A stretch of 63,617 bases of DNA, filler included, from Lenisia limosa (Eukaryota; Protista; Breviatea), in NCBI GenBank assembly GCA_001655205.1. It is 9 parts of 9 records of this genome, joined end to end, with 100 filler letters (N's around TTAATTAATTAA, not from the genome) between each part and the next. Parts side by side here need not be neighbours in the genome. Positions count along the whole stretch, not along the records: positions 11,425 to 27,874 come from LPNZ01007843.1; positions 27,975 to 31,538 come from LPNZ01006511.1; positions 31,639 to 54,199 come from LPNZ01011489.1; 6 more parts are not named here. One strand, written 5' to 3'. The notes below the pieces were generated by a model. That model saw only the letters and a program-made list of their open reading frames with translations, was not told the DNA's origin and searched no databases. The translations under genes were made by a program, and so were the position numbers. Numbering within the stretch: position 1 is the first letter of the stretch; each line of letters begins with the position of its first letter. Positions 25,311 to 37,455 of this stretch are shown one piece after another.

Positions 25311-27874
25311 CTACATTTCAGCCCCCATAAAAGACTGCAAGGCCCTCTGCGGCTGCCTCGGCTGATGCACTGCGTCGTTGAAGTGCTGCTTGAAATACGA
25401 AAACAGCCTGTCTGGCGACTTGTGCAGTTTATCTCGATACCTGAGGGGGTCATGTGAAGAGACCATATTAATTTCTCATCTTCACATATCACTATGTATA
25501 CTACGTATGTGCGCACACTATTACATTACGCTATTCACGCGAACGTTTACACTCTCAATAAGTGGTGCAGTTGGTATTTTTAGCTAATATTTCCCTATGA
25601 GGCAAGTACCTGAAGCCGCCGGTCTCAACAACGATCAGTTCCTTTCTTGTCGACACGTTTGGCCTGTAGGAAAGGAGGAACCTCGGGTAGGAGCAGTTTT
25701 CAGCCAGACACACTCGATACGCACACTACAGAATGAATTGGGGATGAGAGTCCAAACATGTTTCGGGTACTGTCTCTTTGCGTTATCGAGTTCCTTCAAG
25801 GTATCTTCTTTTGTGCCATTGACGAAGTACTTGTGCGTCAACATCGCCTACAACATCAAAAGGAACTACGACTGGTCAGGAGAGGTAACTGGGAATGACA
25901 AAAGTTGTATTAGGTTGAAGCCATCAACACCATCATATTCTATTAAGATCACTATTTATTCTTATAGAGGAATGTTTTTGAGAGCCATTTTCGGTCTGAA
26001 AGGAAGACCTGTTTGTCACCCCCGCACATTAGTGAAGTCAGCGAGGGGCTGAACGTAATTAGCAAGCACATCGTCCAAAGAGTGGAACTGTCGGCCTCCA
26101 ACAAGCAGTGTTCGGCCTACTGTAACTTCCACTGACTAGAGCGTGATGTTAAAAGGGCGGGATGGAAAAAGTTGGTATGTTGGTCTACAGAACAGTAGGT
26201 ATATGTTGGTCAACAGAACAGTAGGGCTAGGGTAAGGAAAAGTGAACCAAAACAGGCCCAGATGGAAAAAAGAAATTAGTATACATACACATGCACAGCT
26301 TGTAAACGTGGTAAATAAAAAAACACAATAAAAACACGCAACCCTTTCGATAGGGTGAAGAGATATATAAGGTAACTATAAAAACACATAACCCTTCAAC
26401 ACAGAAATTCAATGCGAGCTCACCTTGTCCTCCTCCTTTACGTCAATGTGGTGGTAGCGGTTATCTGCCACCTTCCACGTGATCGTCAAATGGTCTCCTC
26501 CCTGTACAGTCACTCATGTGATGGGTTTTACACCGCCATCCCCTGGATTAAGAACTAACGTAGTGCCAAGCCCAGTAAAGATAAAAAATAAATGAGTTGC
26601 ATAAAAGCTCCAGCATACCTCCTTGCTTGGCCGAATGATTGCCTCGCCTTGGGGCATTTCAGCAAGCCTCTCCTCAGCCTCATTGCCGCTGACGTTGAAG
26701 AACACGGGGTGGTCAATGTTCCGAGGTGCAATGCGTTGCTGGCCTGATTCCGACTCGTGTTTGCGTCCTACATAGTAATAAAAACAATTATCAAGGATAT
26801 CCGAAGATAAAAATGGGATGATGTAATCTTCACAACTGTTTCCAAACTTTGAACGATTTTTAGCATTAATAATACATAAATTAATTTTGCTCTCTTTTAT
26901 CAAAAATATTGCTTTTATAACACTCAGATCCCCCACCCGGGTTCTATTTGTACTTGGACAGAGCCAGGTTTCGATTTTTTACCGCCTCCTACTGTAGTGG
27001 GCAATTAAGTCGCGTTCCTTACTCCACTCAAAGTATTCGTCACGCTGCACTGTCAGCAAATGTTCAGCAACAATCATGACAACCAACCTTGAAGCTGCTG
27101 AACCACGACACTTCCTTCAGATCCTGGGCCCTCGTCGTCAGCGTTAACGACAGTTTCTCAACATCAACGTCCTTGACCTGAATGGTGACATGATGGTTGT
27201 GTGTAATTCAAAATCTAAAGTCTCATACAATGAAGGTTGTGTGTAATCAGCAGCTCAAGAGAGCAGAACCCACCCTAGCGTGCACCGTCATGCCCGAGTT
27301 GACGACGTCCTCCGCACTTTCCACGTGTTTGTCGCTCAGATCTGCAATCCGAATGAAGCCATGCAGACCGTTATCCAGTCGGCAATGTACGCCTGACAGT
27401 CAGTAGAGCGGAGCACAAATGATAACTTCCAAAAAAAAAAAAAAAAAAAANNNNNNNNNNNNNNNNNNNNNNNNNNNNNNNNNNNNNNNNNNNNNNNNNN
27501 NNNNNNNNNNNNNNNNNNNNNNNNNNNNNNTATTCAGCTGATAAAGTTGCCTATTAAATGCAATCTGTACTAAGTCGTAGCTCACCATTTTCTATGATTC
27601 TCGTCACAACAGCAGTGACCGGGGTGCCTGGACAGAAACTGCTGGCTGTCTCACCAACAAGCTCAGCAAAAACCTGAAATGGGGTCAATGAGCATCAGAT
27701 ATCGGAGTGGCATGCCTGAAAACAGTTGTCTTTATTCAAGGTATCATTTCAGATTATGATGGCCAAACAAAGGGTGTCGTAACTCACCTGATCTTGTGCG
27801 GGGGCTGAGAACTTAGGCAGCTTTTCGGTGTTGGGAGCAAACGGATGCGTCAACTCCCTCTTGATTTGGGACAT
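25311..27874 (-). CDS. SPT6: Transcription elongation factor SPT6, C-terminal S1 + tandem SH2 (5'-truncated)
   Basis: IKRELTHPF...VFAELVGETASSFCPG; S1 VHCRLDNGLHGFIRIADLSDKHV; SH2 RNIDHPVFFNVSGNEAEERLAEMPQGEAIIRPSK, TWKVADNRYHHIDVKEEDK; second SH2 FLLSYRPNVSTRKELIVVETGGFR|YRDKLHKSPDRLFSYFKQHF. Confidence 0.95.
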
Positions 27875-27974
27875 NNNNNNNNNNNNNNNNNNNNNNNNNN
27901 NNNNNNNNNNNNNNNNNNTTAATTAATTAANNNNNNNNNNNNNNNNNNNNNNNNNNNNNNNNNNNNNNNNNNNN
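27875..27974. other. Artificial contig spacer
   Basis: 44N-TTAATTAATTAA-44N. Confidence 0.97.
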
Positions 27975-28695
27975 GTCGACGTCGTAGAAAGGGGTGCCGC
28001 CGGCAAGCATAACAGGCTCTTCTGCGTCCATGTCCACGGGCATGAACTTCTTGAACTGCCACATTCCTGCAAGAAATGAAATAAACAACAAACAGTAGTA
28101 TTTCATGCATGATATACATGTATATATCGATATATATATATATAGATATATATAGTATAATAGATTTAGATATGTATGTACATAGTATATATGATGATAT
28201 TATTTTATTGTTTTTCAAAATGAACTTCTTTTCGAAAAGGTGATATATTCGTTCATGATATACGTGGTTGTTACGCTCTTGATGAAGAAATAGTATTTCA
28301 CTCTACAGTTTGTTGGGATACATATGATATGCATATTCTTTTATTTCAAAATCAACTTGCCACATTCCTGCAAGAAATGGAAAGTTTGTCACAGTCAAAG
28401 AGGCGCTTATTCATTGATATATATATATATATATGAATATCATATAGAGATGCTATGTTGCTTTATTTCTTCCTTTCAAAAGGTATTTCTCCTCCCCCCA
28501 TTCCCTCCATCGCCACCACAAACCCTTGCCCTTGCCGAAGCCATTCTCCTGAAGATCAGCCTTGAGAGCAGCGTAGTCATAGGTGACATCAAGGTTGTTT
28601 CCACACTTAGGACAGGCGTATTCGACCTCTCCAATGGCGAAGGTGGCGCTGGGGATTGTAAGGGAACAGATTTCCTCAAGAAAGATCATGCACAA
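27975..28695 (-). CDS. thrC: Threonine synthase-like PLP enzyme, prokaryotic-type N-terminus (3'-truncated)
   Basis: EVEYACPKCGNNLDVTYDYAALK...GKGK|GMWQFKKFMPV...PVMLAGGTPFY, matching the CPxCG..LDVxYDY / GMWRY..LLPV / GEGxTPL pattern. The catalytic Lys is not in the window, so a related fold-II enzyme (e.g. cysteate synthase) is not excluded. Confidence 0.75.
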
Positions 28696-29111
28696 TGAAT
28701 GGGAAATGGGCTATTTCGCATTAACTGCGGTATTTAACCTTCTTTATGCATATTTTTAAGGGTTAGAGTGGCATTGCAGAGAAAGACGACATGACAAACC
28801 TGCAAGCAATGCACTTAAGTCCAGTAGCGTATCCAGGTCCCATTTTTCTATCAATCGTTTATGCAGAAAGGCCAAAAAAATGAAAAACAAAACACACACA
28901 CCACAAAAAGGGAATGATCTTATGATCTGTTTTTTGGTTTTACTCGTGCCCTTTCTTGCCCATTTTCCCTCTCTAAAGAGTCTAACGTGAGAAAAACTAA
29001 CAGACAACAACATAAGGAGACTACAATAACCGGGTGACAAATCTTTGGATTAGAAGCAACGGTTCTCTGGCTGGCCTTGTTTGATCGTGACGAGGCTCAG
29101 TGGTCGCCACC

Positions 29112-31232
29112 ATGAGCGTAAGAAGGGTTATTGCGCTACTCTTGTTGAGGGGAGGAGGGGCATTTATTTTGTTTATGCTATCTGCTCATAGGTATAGAAT
29201 ATGAGCCTCTACGTTCTCTTCTCTTATCACTCTCTTATCTCTTTAATACTATAATCCCATTGATCACAATAAGTCCTGACATGATTGACTACAGATAAAG
29301 CTCAATATCCGTACCAGGATCCAACCTTGTTTTATTTTATAATGGGACAGTTGTAGGGATATTCCTTTCCTTTACCTCTCTGCAATAGCTTTCACTCATC
29401 TATTTTCGTTTATCTCTCACTAAAATACAATAGAGTTGTCGGGAAAATAGGGGCATTGGTTCAGCTTTAGTATTTGTGTTCTTTAAAAACAGATTTGGTT
29501 TGTGATTCAATATTCTTCACCGATATGTCCTTCGTTTACCCTCCCCCCCTCTCTTGGTGTTGCGGAAGCGACTGGCCTGGGNNNNNNNNNNNNNNNNNNN
29601 NNNNNNNNNNNNNNNNNNNNNNNNNNNNNNNNNNNNNNNNNNNNNNNNNNNNNNNNNNNNNNNNNNNNNNNNNNNNNNNNNNNNNNNNAGTTTCCTTGTT
29701 TTTAGTTTTCTTGTTTGTTTGGATTTTCAGATTATTCGGTTCGTGATAGTACCACGCCAATATTTTTCATCGAAGTATCCTTTGCTTTACCCCGCCCCCA
29801 GTTTATGCGGCCAAAGAATTCGGTGGGGGCGTTTGAAGAGCACACCAAAGGAGTCGGCTCCAAGCTCCTCAAACGCTTCGGATGGAAGGAGGGTGAGCGG
29901 TAAACTGTTTTCACCATTGTCATTTCTAGGGCTTCACTTCGGTTCGAAAATGACCGGTTAAATATCGATAGTTCGAGGATTTATCGAGAAATTTAGTCTT
30001 TTTTCAAACCGAAGTGAAGCCCTAGTAGGGAGGGACGCTTCTTTTGTCCTTTGGCTGAGTCAGGTTTTGAAACTCTAACTGCGTTCAGACGTAACAATCT
30101 ATACCACTTGAGTTGTTGAACAAGAAATAATATAGACTATAAAACTCTTGGAAAACAAATAAATACAGAGGGATACCGTAAAAATACACCCCTTCTTAGT
30201 AGGGCTTCACTTCGGTTCGGAAAATACCACGATAATTTTCGAGGATTTATCGGAAAATTCAGTCTTTTTTCGAACCGAAATGAAGCCCTACTCTTTAGGT
30301 TTGGTGAGGGAATATAATATCAGGCCGAAGCCGTCCACACCATCTCGATTATCAGAACCCCCCTATAATGATAGCATACACCCATCATCACGCCTTTAGG
30401 TGAGGGGTTGCGCAAAGATGCAATCGCCACGCCTGTGGAAGTGGCGTTGCGCCAGAAGATGACTGGAATCGGATTTTCCGGCAAGGAGCATAAGAGTGTT
30501 GATCCACGTGGCCCGAGTGGCCAGCCCCAGGTACTATGGGCGGTTTTTTAGAGTGGGATTTAATTTCACTGATTGGGAGTAATCTTTAGGATATACAGGG
30601 CTGCTGTGCAATATAATCTGAAACACATTTAGAATCATTGAAAACTAAAAGTGGGGATACAACCTTGTTTTTTTTTACTCTCATTGATGGGAGTATATAA
30701 TGAGGATTTGTAATTCTCATTTCCACATATTTTTAGTCTTTAAATATTGAGATATTCTAAAAAAATTGATAATTAGAGAAATGATATTCAGTTATCTAAT
30801 TTAATATAATAGTATTGGCATGATCGCCACATTCTCACTTTTGTGTAGTCACGCAAGGCTGCTTCCACAAAAGCCCTGGCCGAATCTGGGGACCTCTTTG
30901 CCAAAAACTCGTTCCAATTCAGCCTGAAGAAGCCACGGGTGCGGGTTAACTTCGAGGAGACTGGCAACCGAATGGAGTTCATTACGAGTGAAATCAAGAC
31001 GAGAGAAGCGGAACAGGACTTTATCGAGACGATTATGGACGTTTATAACAACGGTGACATCGAGGCCCTCAACGCGCTCGGACCTGCTATCAACACGTTC
31101 GCCTTCACTGGCAACCACGGCCCGCACATTCTCTCCATGGTGACGCATGCGTGTCAGAAGTTCCTGAGTTCTATGTTTTCAAACTGGCAACCAATGTTCG
31201 ATCCTGCTTTTGGCTCAGAAATGATCCAACAG
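29112..31232 (+). CDS. TFIP11: TFIP11/Ntr1 spliceosome-disassembly G-patch protein (partial)
   Basis: GCCACCATGAGC|GT start; G-patch GAFEEHTKGVGSKLLKRFGWKEG|EGLRKDAIATPVEVALRQKMTGIGF; later NWQPMFDPAFGSEMIQQ. Confidence 0.85.
29490..29801 (+). repeat. Intronic repeat family C, copy ending at the TFIP11 3' splice site
   Basis: GCGACTGGCCTGGG[gap]...TTGTTTGTTTGGATTTTCAGATTATTCGGTTCGTGAT...CAATATTTTTCATCGAAGTATCCTTTGCTTTACCCCGCCCCCAG|exon; a further module-2 end at 29505-29550. Confidence 0.8.
29927..30024. mobile_element. MITE family A, copy 1 (TFIP11 intron)
   Basis: TIR TAGGGCTTCACTTCGGTTCGAAAA / TTTTCAAACCGAAGTGAAGCCCTA (one mismatch), 98 bp. Confidence 0.9.
30200..30290. mobile_element. 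MITE family A, copy 2
   Basis: Same TIRs and core GAGGATTTATCG; flanks CTTCTTAG / CTCTTTAG (6/8 direct repeat). Confidence 0.9.
30317..30344 (-). repeat. Dispersed repeat family B (short copy)
   Basis: Reverse complement GATGGTGTGGACGGCTTCGGCCTGATAT. Confidence 0.7.
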
Positions 31233-31264
31233 GTGTGGGGGCATTCCAGTCTATCACGTATATT

Positions 31265-31364
31265 TAGGGCTCCACTTCGGTTCAAAAAAAAACGGAATTT
31301 CTCGATAAATCCCCGAAAACTATCGAAATTTTAGCTGTATTCTTTGAACCGAAGTGAAGCCCTA
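31265..31364. mobile_element. MITE family A, copy 3 (inverted relative to copies 1-2)
   Basis: TAGGGCTCCACTTCGGTTCAAA...TTTGAACCGAAGTGAAGCCCTA; core ATTTCTCGATAAATCCCCGAA is the reverse complement of the copy-1 core. Confidence 0.9.
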
Positions 31365-31410
31365 ATTGTATTATAAATATATTATTATTTACCAGTGTAT
31401 GGCAAAAAGC

Positions 31411-31460
31411 GAGATGGTGTTGACGCCCTCGGCCAGATATTACCTTGTTTTTTTTCTCAT
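31411..31460 (+). repeat. Dispersed repeat family B (degenerate)
   Basis: GAGATGGTGTTGACGCCCTCGGCCAGATATTACCTTGTTTT...CTCAT. Confidence 0.65.
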
Positions 31461-31485
31461 CTCTACATACCTCCCCCCACCTTCG

Positions 31486-31538
31486 CAGAGTTGATTTGGG
31501 TTTTTTTTGGTTTTATAAATTTGCAATTTTACGCCAAT
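31486..31538 (+). repeat. Intronic repeat family C, partial
   Basis: CAGAGTTGATTTGGGTTTTTTTTGGTTTTATAAATTTGCAATTTTAC at the contig end. Confidence 0.6.
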
Positions 31539-31638
31539 NNNNNNNNNNNNNNNNNNNNNNNNNNNNNNNNNNNNNNNNNNNNTTAATTAATTAANNNNNN
31601 NNNNNNNNNNNNNNNNNNNNNNNNNNNNNNNNNNNNNN
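31539..31638. other. Artificial contig spacer
   Basis: 44N-TTAATTAATTAA-44N. Confidence 0.97.
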
Positions 31639-33113
31639 CACTTCCAGGCCCCAAAACCCCCAAAACCACTGTTATTGATGCTTCTGCGATTGAGGCCCTG
31701 AGAACACAACTCGCTGCGTTATCACAATCAGTGGGGGGGGGGTGATTACAATTCTGGCGCAAAGCAGGGTTTTAAATGGGGAAAGTTCCAGATAGCAGAT
31801 ATTGAAAACAACTCTGAAAGCAGGTTATATTTCGAGAAAATTGAGGTGACGTCATCTTTTTACTACTTTTTACGAGAATATTAAATAAATTAGTCATGAT
31901 GAAAATCATACTTGTTGTTCTCTTAATATTTTTACTTTAAATACACTAAATCTAAATCACGCAATTAAGAATAGCGTGCTTCGGATATCCAAGATAACTT
32001 TCCCATTGGAAACCCCGATGCAATACATATCATATCATCGGTCCAAGGGTACGAATTGTTTATTATATAAAAAATACACGCTTACTTGTATTTTTAGTCA
32101 GTTGACAAGACCGGTTCTTCCCCGCCTCCTCCGTCTGCACTCCCTGTAGCCACTACCAATCAAACCGAAGAGAAGCCAGATTACTGGCAAGATACATTTG
32201 ATATCGACTCCGCTAACTCCACCCCACGACTCACCCCGATCGCCTCGTGAGTTTTGGTGTTTTTTTTTGTTTTGTTTCACGATCATACCTTTGCTTCCAG
32301 ATGATATACAATAACTAGGATAAGATCTGACCGATTTGCTTTATGATTTCCCAAGGAAATCGGTCAAGACTTCTCCAGGTCACTGAACGTAATAGTTTTT
32401 TTTTTGTTTTTCTTAATTGATTTAACACTTTAGTCCCATTCCCACTCCTTCTGCTTCGCCCTCTTCTACCCCTCGTGGTTCAAGAACAGGTACACGGTGT
32501 TTTGAATGTATGAGTATTCAATATCTTTTGCCAACGCGATGGTGTAGATTGTTTACCAAATATCTTCTGTTCATTTTTTTTAGCTATTACCCCTGAGCCA
32601 CGTACTGTTCGCTTTGCCATTAGTGTATCCACTACATCCTCCAAAGACCCTTTCACCATTCTCCATGAGGTAAGATTCAAAACTTAATTGGTGTTTCTAT
32701 GTTCCATCATTTTCTTGTTCTGCTCACGTTATTCCGATTAAACATATTTCTCCTGCTTCCATTTTCACGACAACAGATCAAACGTGTCTTGACCGTGTTG
32801 GAGTGCACGATCACTACGGTGTCCTCCTGGTGTATCCACGCCGCGCTACCGAACTCCAGTATCGAAGTTGAAGTGAGTGGTGTGGATGGAGAATTAAGGC
32901 GAGTTTTTTTTTTATTTTGGATTAATATATGATGATTGTTATTAATTTAAAGCGCTGGATTGCTGTTTGTTTGAGTCGTGACTGATATCCAAGGTTGAAG
33001 TGTGTAAACTTCCCCGCTTGCAGCTTCATGGTGTTCGTGTGCGTAGACGCAAGGGTAACCCATGGTCCTACAAGCAGACCTACAACAAAATTGTGAAGAT
33101 GCTTGATTTGTAG
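31639..33113 (+). CDS. MARK/PAR-1/Kin1-family kinase, C-terminal KA1 domain (5'-truncated)
   Basis: PEPRTVRFAISVSTTSSKDPFTILHE|IKRVLTVLEC...SIEVE|VEVCKLPRLQLHGVRVRRRKGNPWSYKQTYNKIVKMLDL*. The kinase domain is not in the window. Confidence 0.88.
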
Positions 33114-33378
33114 TTCAAGATGTTGCTATTATAGTATTAGTTTTTAGTATCCTGTGTATGAGGATGTATTATTGTCTGCAATTTATTCAATACAACAATA
33201 TTGGGGGCACAAAGATTGTCAGAAGCAAGCCACTTTTGAATTCTAAACAGTACATACAATAAAGTTAACCTAAAAAATACACCTTTCCACCATTGCAACC
33301 ATACAATCAAAAGAATACAACATACAAGCAACATACATACTAATCATACAGGACAAAAACAAAACTGGATAGAGGACT

Positions 33379-35764
33379 CTACGCATAATTGGCGTAATTA
33401 GGCCTGGACTTACGTCTGCTGGGAGTGCGGGGGGAAGGTTGACGGATCATGCTTTGGTATGCTCCAGATGGGAAGTTCGGAGGGGGGCTAGACGCTCCTG
33501 CAAAGTTAGAACTTGCCATTACAATCAAAGTTCAACGGAAAGAGTTATTCGCAAACCGGGAGGGGGCAGAACCAGATGAGTGGCCGAATTGGGGGTGATG
33601 GCGTTCTCAGGACTGTGCGGGGATGCCATGGGTGAGAAGATGGAAGGGATTGATTCGGAGTCGTCAATGGACTTCAAGGCAAAGGGCGGCGCTGGGAGAC
33701 CACCGCTCATTAAGAGGGTCTCGTATGGAGGAGGGACCGACTAAAAAGTCAACCTAACGAAATATAATAGAACATAACATATCATTACATAACTATGTAA
33801 AGAGCAGAGAGAAATAAAAAATAAGCTTGTATCTGGCCGAAGCCGTCCACCCCATCATGTTTAAAAGAGATATTGGAATAAAGTATAATACAAAATTCAC
33901 CCAATCAATATCTTGCTTTAATGGTTTTGCTTGAATGCAAACCTCGTTGATGGACTCAAGATTGACTGGGGACATTCTGGGAAGGCTTGTCATAGATTTA
34001 GCACGCTTCACGCAAGGGGGGGACGGATTGATGGCGTTAGTTAATTGGAAGACTTCACAGTCGGCCTTAGGGTCTTCAAACTCAAGAAGAGAAGATGATG
34101 ATAACTGAATTCGTAAGAAATGTAAAAAAAAAAAAAAAAGCCTGTTAGAAGATTCCAGTATCTCCAACNNNNNNNNNNNNNNNNNNNNNNNNNNNNNNNN
34201 NNNNNNNNNNTGCTTTCTCCAAGATGGTCTTGAAGATGGTCATCCAAAGAGCCAGTATCGACAATGGGGAAGCCAAAGTTGGACTCCTCATTGTATTTGT
34301 TGTTGGGAGAAAGGAAAGCAGACTTCATGTTGAAAGAAGGTGAAATCGGGCCGTCACTTATCGAATGCAATTGATGCTGAGTCGGGATAATTGTGTTGGT
34401 GGGTCGAGAAACAGCAGGCTTCTTGATACCGGAAAGCATGTCAAGAGAACCACCAAAGTGAACAGGGCTGGAAGTAGATCTTGGTTGGATGATGGCCTGG
34501 GTAGACGCGGGACGCTTCATTGGGGACGGAGACGACATGAGTGGCGCACGTGCCTTTATCATGTTGTTGATGTCGGTGAGTGATGCGCATGAGGACAATG
34601 GTCGTTCGAAAGGTGACGCGGTGATGACGCGGTTTGGTGTCTTCCTTCCTTTGAAGCCGCGACGAGGTGGGGTCGAGAAGGCTCTACATGATCAGCTTTG
34701 AACGAGGGAGGGAATTTCAATGGTAATGCCAGTAAACTGCAATGCTTTCATTAACACAGAAACAATTGTCCTCTAATGTGAGGGAAAGGGATGCGATGGT
34801 GAAAGCAAGGGAAAAGGGGAATCACAAAATCATACTTGAGCTTAATCTGCCTAAGAAAAAGCATTTGAAGATTCAAGAAGAAGAAGGACTCATATATTAA
34901 TGAGTAGCAGGCCAGATCCTCAATATCTTCGGAGGAACACAAACCTTTGCGGAGGGATCACATCAAGAGTTTTGACAGTGATAGAAGGCGGTAAGTTTGT
35001 TTCTTCCTCAATTCGAGGTGTACGGCATGTAGTTCGATCAGATGGGGGTCTTACAGAGGGCTGAGGCGCTACAAGAGGATAAGGTTGTAATGAATGACAG
35101 GTTTGACATATTCAAAAATTGAAATATGACGAAAAAAGTCCCCAATCCCAGCGGGAATACATTTCTATGATGAGGTAAAACCGTGAAAGGGTGTGGGAAG
35201 GGAAACACTGGAGGAAACCGATTGTTAACAATCGAAGTCAAATGGGGAAATTCACCAATATTCATTAAAATTAAACCAAACCTGGAATATTGGGCAGGAG
35301 TTTTGGCTCTTTAGTGTACTCCTTCACAGAAGAAAACTCCGACAACGATAGCGAGAAGGGCTCTGGTTGCGGTAACGCAGTTACTGCAGATGAAAGAGAG
35401 AACTTGGCATCAGGGGAAGGCGGAAAGACGTCTCCAAAAATATCCATTTCTACAAAAGATGAGAAATGGAACAACTTAAGTCAATTTTAAGAATATTTTC
35501 ATTCAAAACCTTTCCAACCGGGTGGAGAAGAGATAAAGGTGGTTTCGAAGCCATCTTGCATGCTAACTAAAAGAAGTTAAAACCCTTCAATTCAAGGGAC
35601 ACAATCATTATTTTGAGCGCGAACAGAGTGACAAACATACCATTTGTAAAGTCAAGTGAGGGATCATCTAAAAAGAACGTTTGTTCCTCCATTTCCACCA
35701 ATTCAGGTTGAAATATAATCGCTCTATTTTTTTCAACACCTGGCAACTTTGTGAGCGACTGCAA
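33379..35764 (-). CDS. Orphan Ser/Pro-rich, probably disordered protein (multi-exon; start uncertain)
   Basis: Open GC-richer exons with GT-AG flanks, e.g. AFSTPPRRGFKGRKTPNRVITASPFERPLSSCASLTDINN..., CVKRAKSMTSLPRMSP, final ...SPRTPSRRKSRPNYANYA*. Confidence 0.6.
33811..33907 (-). repeat. Dispersed repeat family B (longer copy, intronic)
   Basis: Reverse complement GATTGGGTGAAT...TCCAATATCTCT...ATGATGGGGTGGACGGCTTCGGCCAGATACAAGCTTATTTTTTATTTC. Confidence 0.8.
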
Positions 35765-37455
35765 GAGTTACATAACTCTGCGAAAGAACGGTGAAGACCC
35801 TTGTTTTGCACCTAGTATTAATGACCTAAGTACAACACTCACAAAACAAGAGAGCTTGCTGGATTAACTCTGGAAAAACGCTGAAAAAATTTTCCTTAAA
35901 ATATTACGAAATTATTGTAGAGAATAGGAATAATTCCAATTCACAATCCGAACCGAGCCATCTCCAAGTTTCATAATGCATAGGTATGGAGCCTCTTCAG
36001 TACAACTTCAGTAATATATGACCCCACCGACAATTCAATATTATATTTGACGGACACTTTTAATCCAAAATAAATTGTCCTAGGGACAATTGTTTGTTTT
36101 GTCCGGGATATTGATGAAAATCTAAAGGCGTACTCCCAGATATATTTCTTTTAATTATGTGATGGTTTTGCAGGACAATTTTATTGACCGGGACCGGTGT
36201 GTGACCCTTAAAAACAGCCCTAAAATGCAAGGGGTCCACTCATGAAAATTAGTATTTCACCCACTCCCCAAAATGTGTTCACCACCGTTGCACCACCGTA
36301 CACCGCCACTATAGAAAACACGAAAACCGTACACCGCCACTGTTTTTAGGNNNNNNNNNNNNNNNNNNNNNNNNNNNNNNNNNNNNNNNNNNNNNNNNNN
36401 NNNNNNNNNNNNNNNNNNNNNNNNNNNNNNNNNNNNNNNNNNNNNNNNNNNNNNNNNNNNNNNNNNNNNNNNNNNNNNNNNNNNNNNNNNNNNNNNNNNN
36501 NNNNNNNNNNNNNNNNNNNNNNNNNNNNNNNNNNNNNNNNNNNNNNNNNNNNNNNNNNNNNNNNNNNNNNGGCGAACATATTTTGGGGAGCGACCCCCCT
36601 TGATTCTACCAGATTCCACCACCACCACTCTCCAAAACTTGGTTTCCACCATCCACCACTGTTTTTGGCATAATCGTTGTAAATATGTGATATACTATAC
36701 TATATATATATCTATATATATTTCAGACCTAATTTGTACCTAATAAGAACCTAATTACATAACTACACATAAATTGTTTGCTACTCAATGACTCAACTGT
36801 GACGACTCAATGTCCTACCGCCATTTTTTTTTTTTTTTTTTTTNNNNNNNNNNNNNNNNNNNNNNNNNNNNNNNNNNNNNNNNNNNNNNNNNNNNNNNNN
36901 NNNNNNNNNNNNNNNNNNNNNNNNNNNNNNNNNNNNNNNNNNNNNNNNNNNNNNNNNNNNNNNNNNNNNNNNNNNNNNNNNNNNNNNCTAATTTTCATGA
37001 GTGGAGGAGGCCTGCTGAATTGATTTTTAATTATTAGAATGTCTCAATTTTAGGGTTTATTTTTCTCCAATAACTAAAATTCGAAAAATTCAATCTGTCG
37101 CTTCCTCGGAAAATGGGGAAATGCCATGTCACTGCCATGTGCTTCTGTGTTTCTTCTCGCATGTGCAACCTGTACATTCAGTATCAGCTAGGAAGCTAGG
37201 AGTATAGACAAGGTACCATTCATTATTTATACTAGATATGCCACTGATTTTAAAATAGTTGAATTCGTATTACTGTTTTTTTATCATATTTTTCGATATG
37301 CATGTCAGGCGGTAGCTTCTGGTTGGAATTCCTTTTCTGCATTTCGTATTTCAAAAATAAGAGTCAAAGTAAAAAATCTCTCTCAATAAAATGACTCAAA
37401 TTTGAAATGCAATCCCCATACATAATAATAGCCCCATATAAAATAAAAAAAGTTC

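Noticed and set aside
29927-31364. MITE family A as an introner
   Set aside because: Copies sit inside introns, well away from both splice sites, and supply neither GT nor AG.
36074-36092. Palindrome AATTGTCC-TAG-GGACAATT
   Set aside because: Single short inverted repeat with no second copy or context; plausible by chance.
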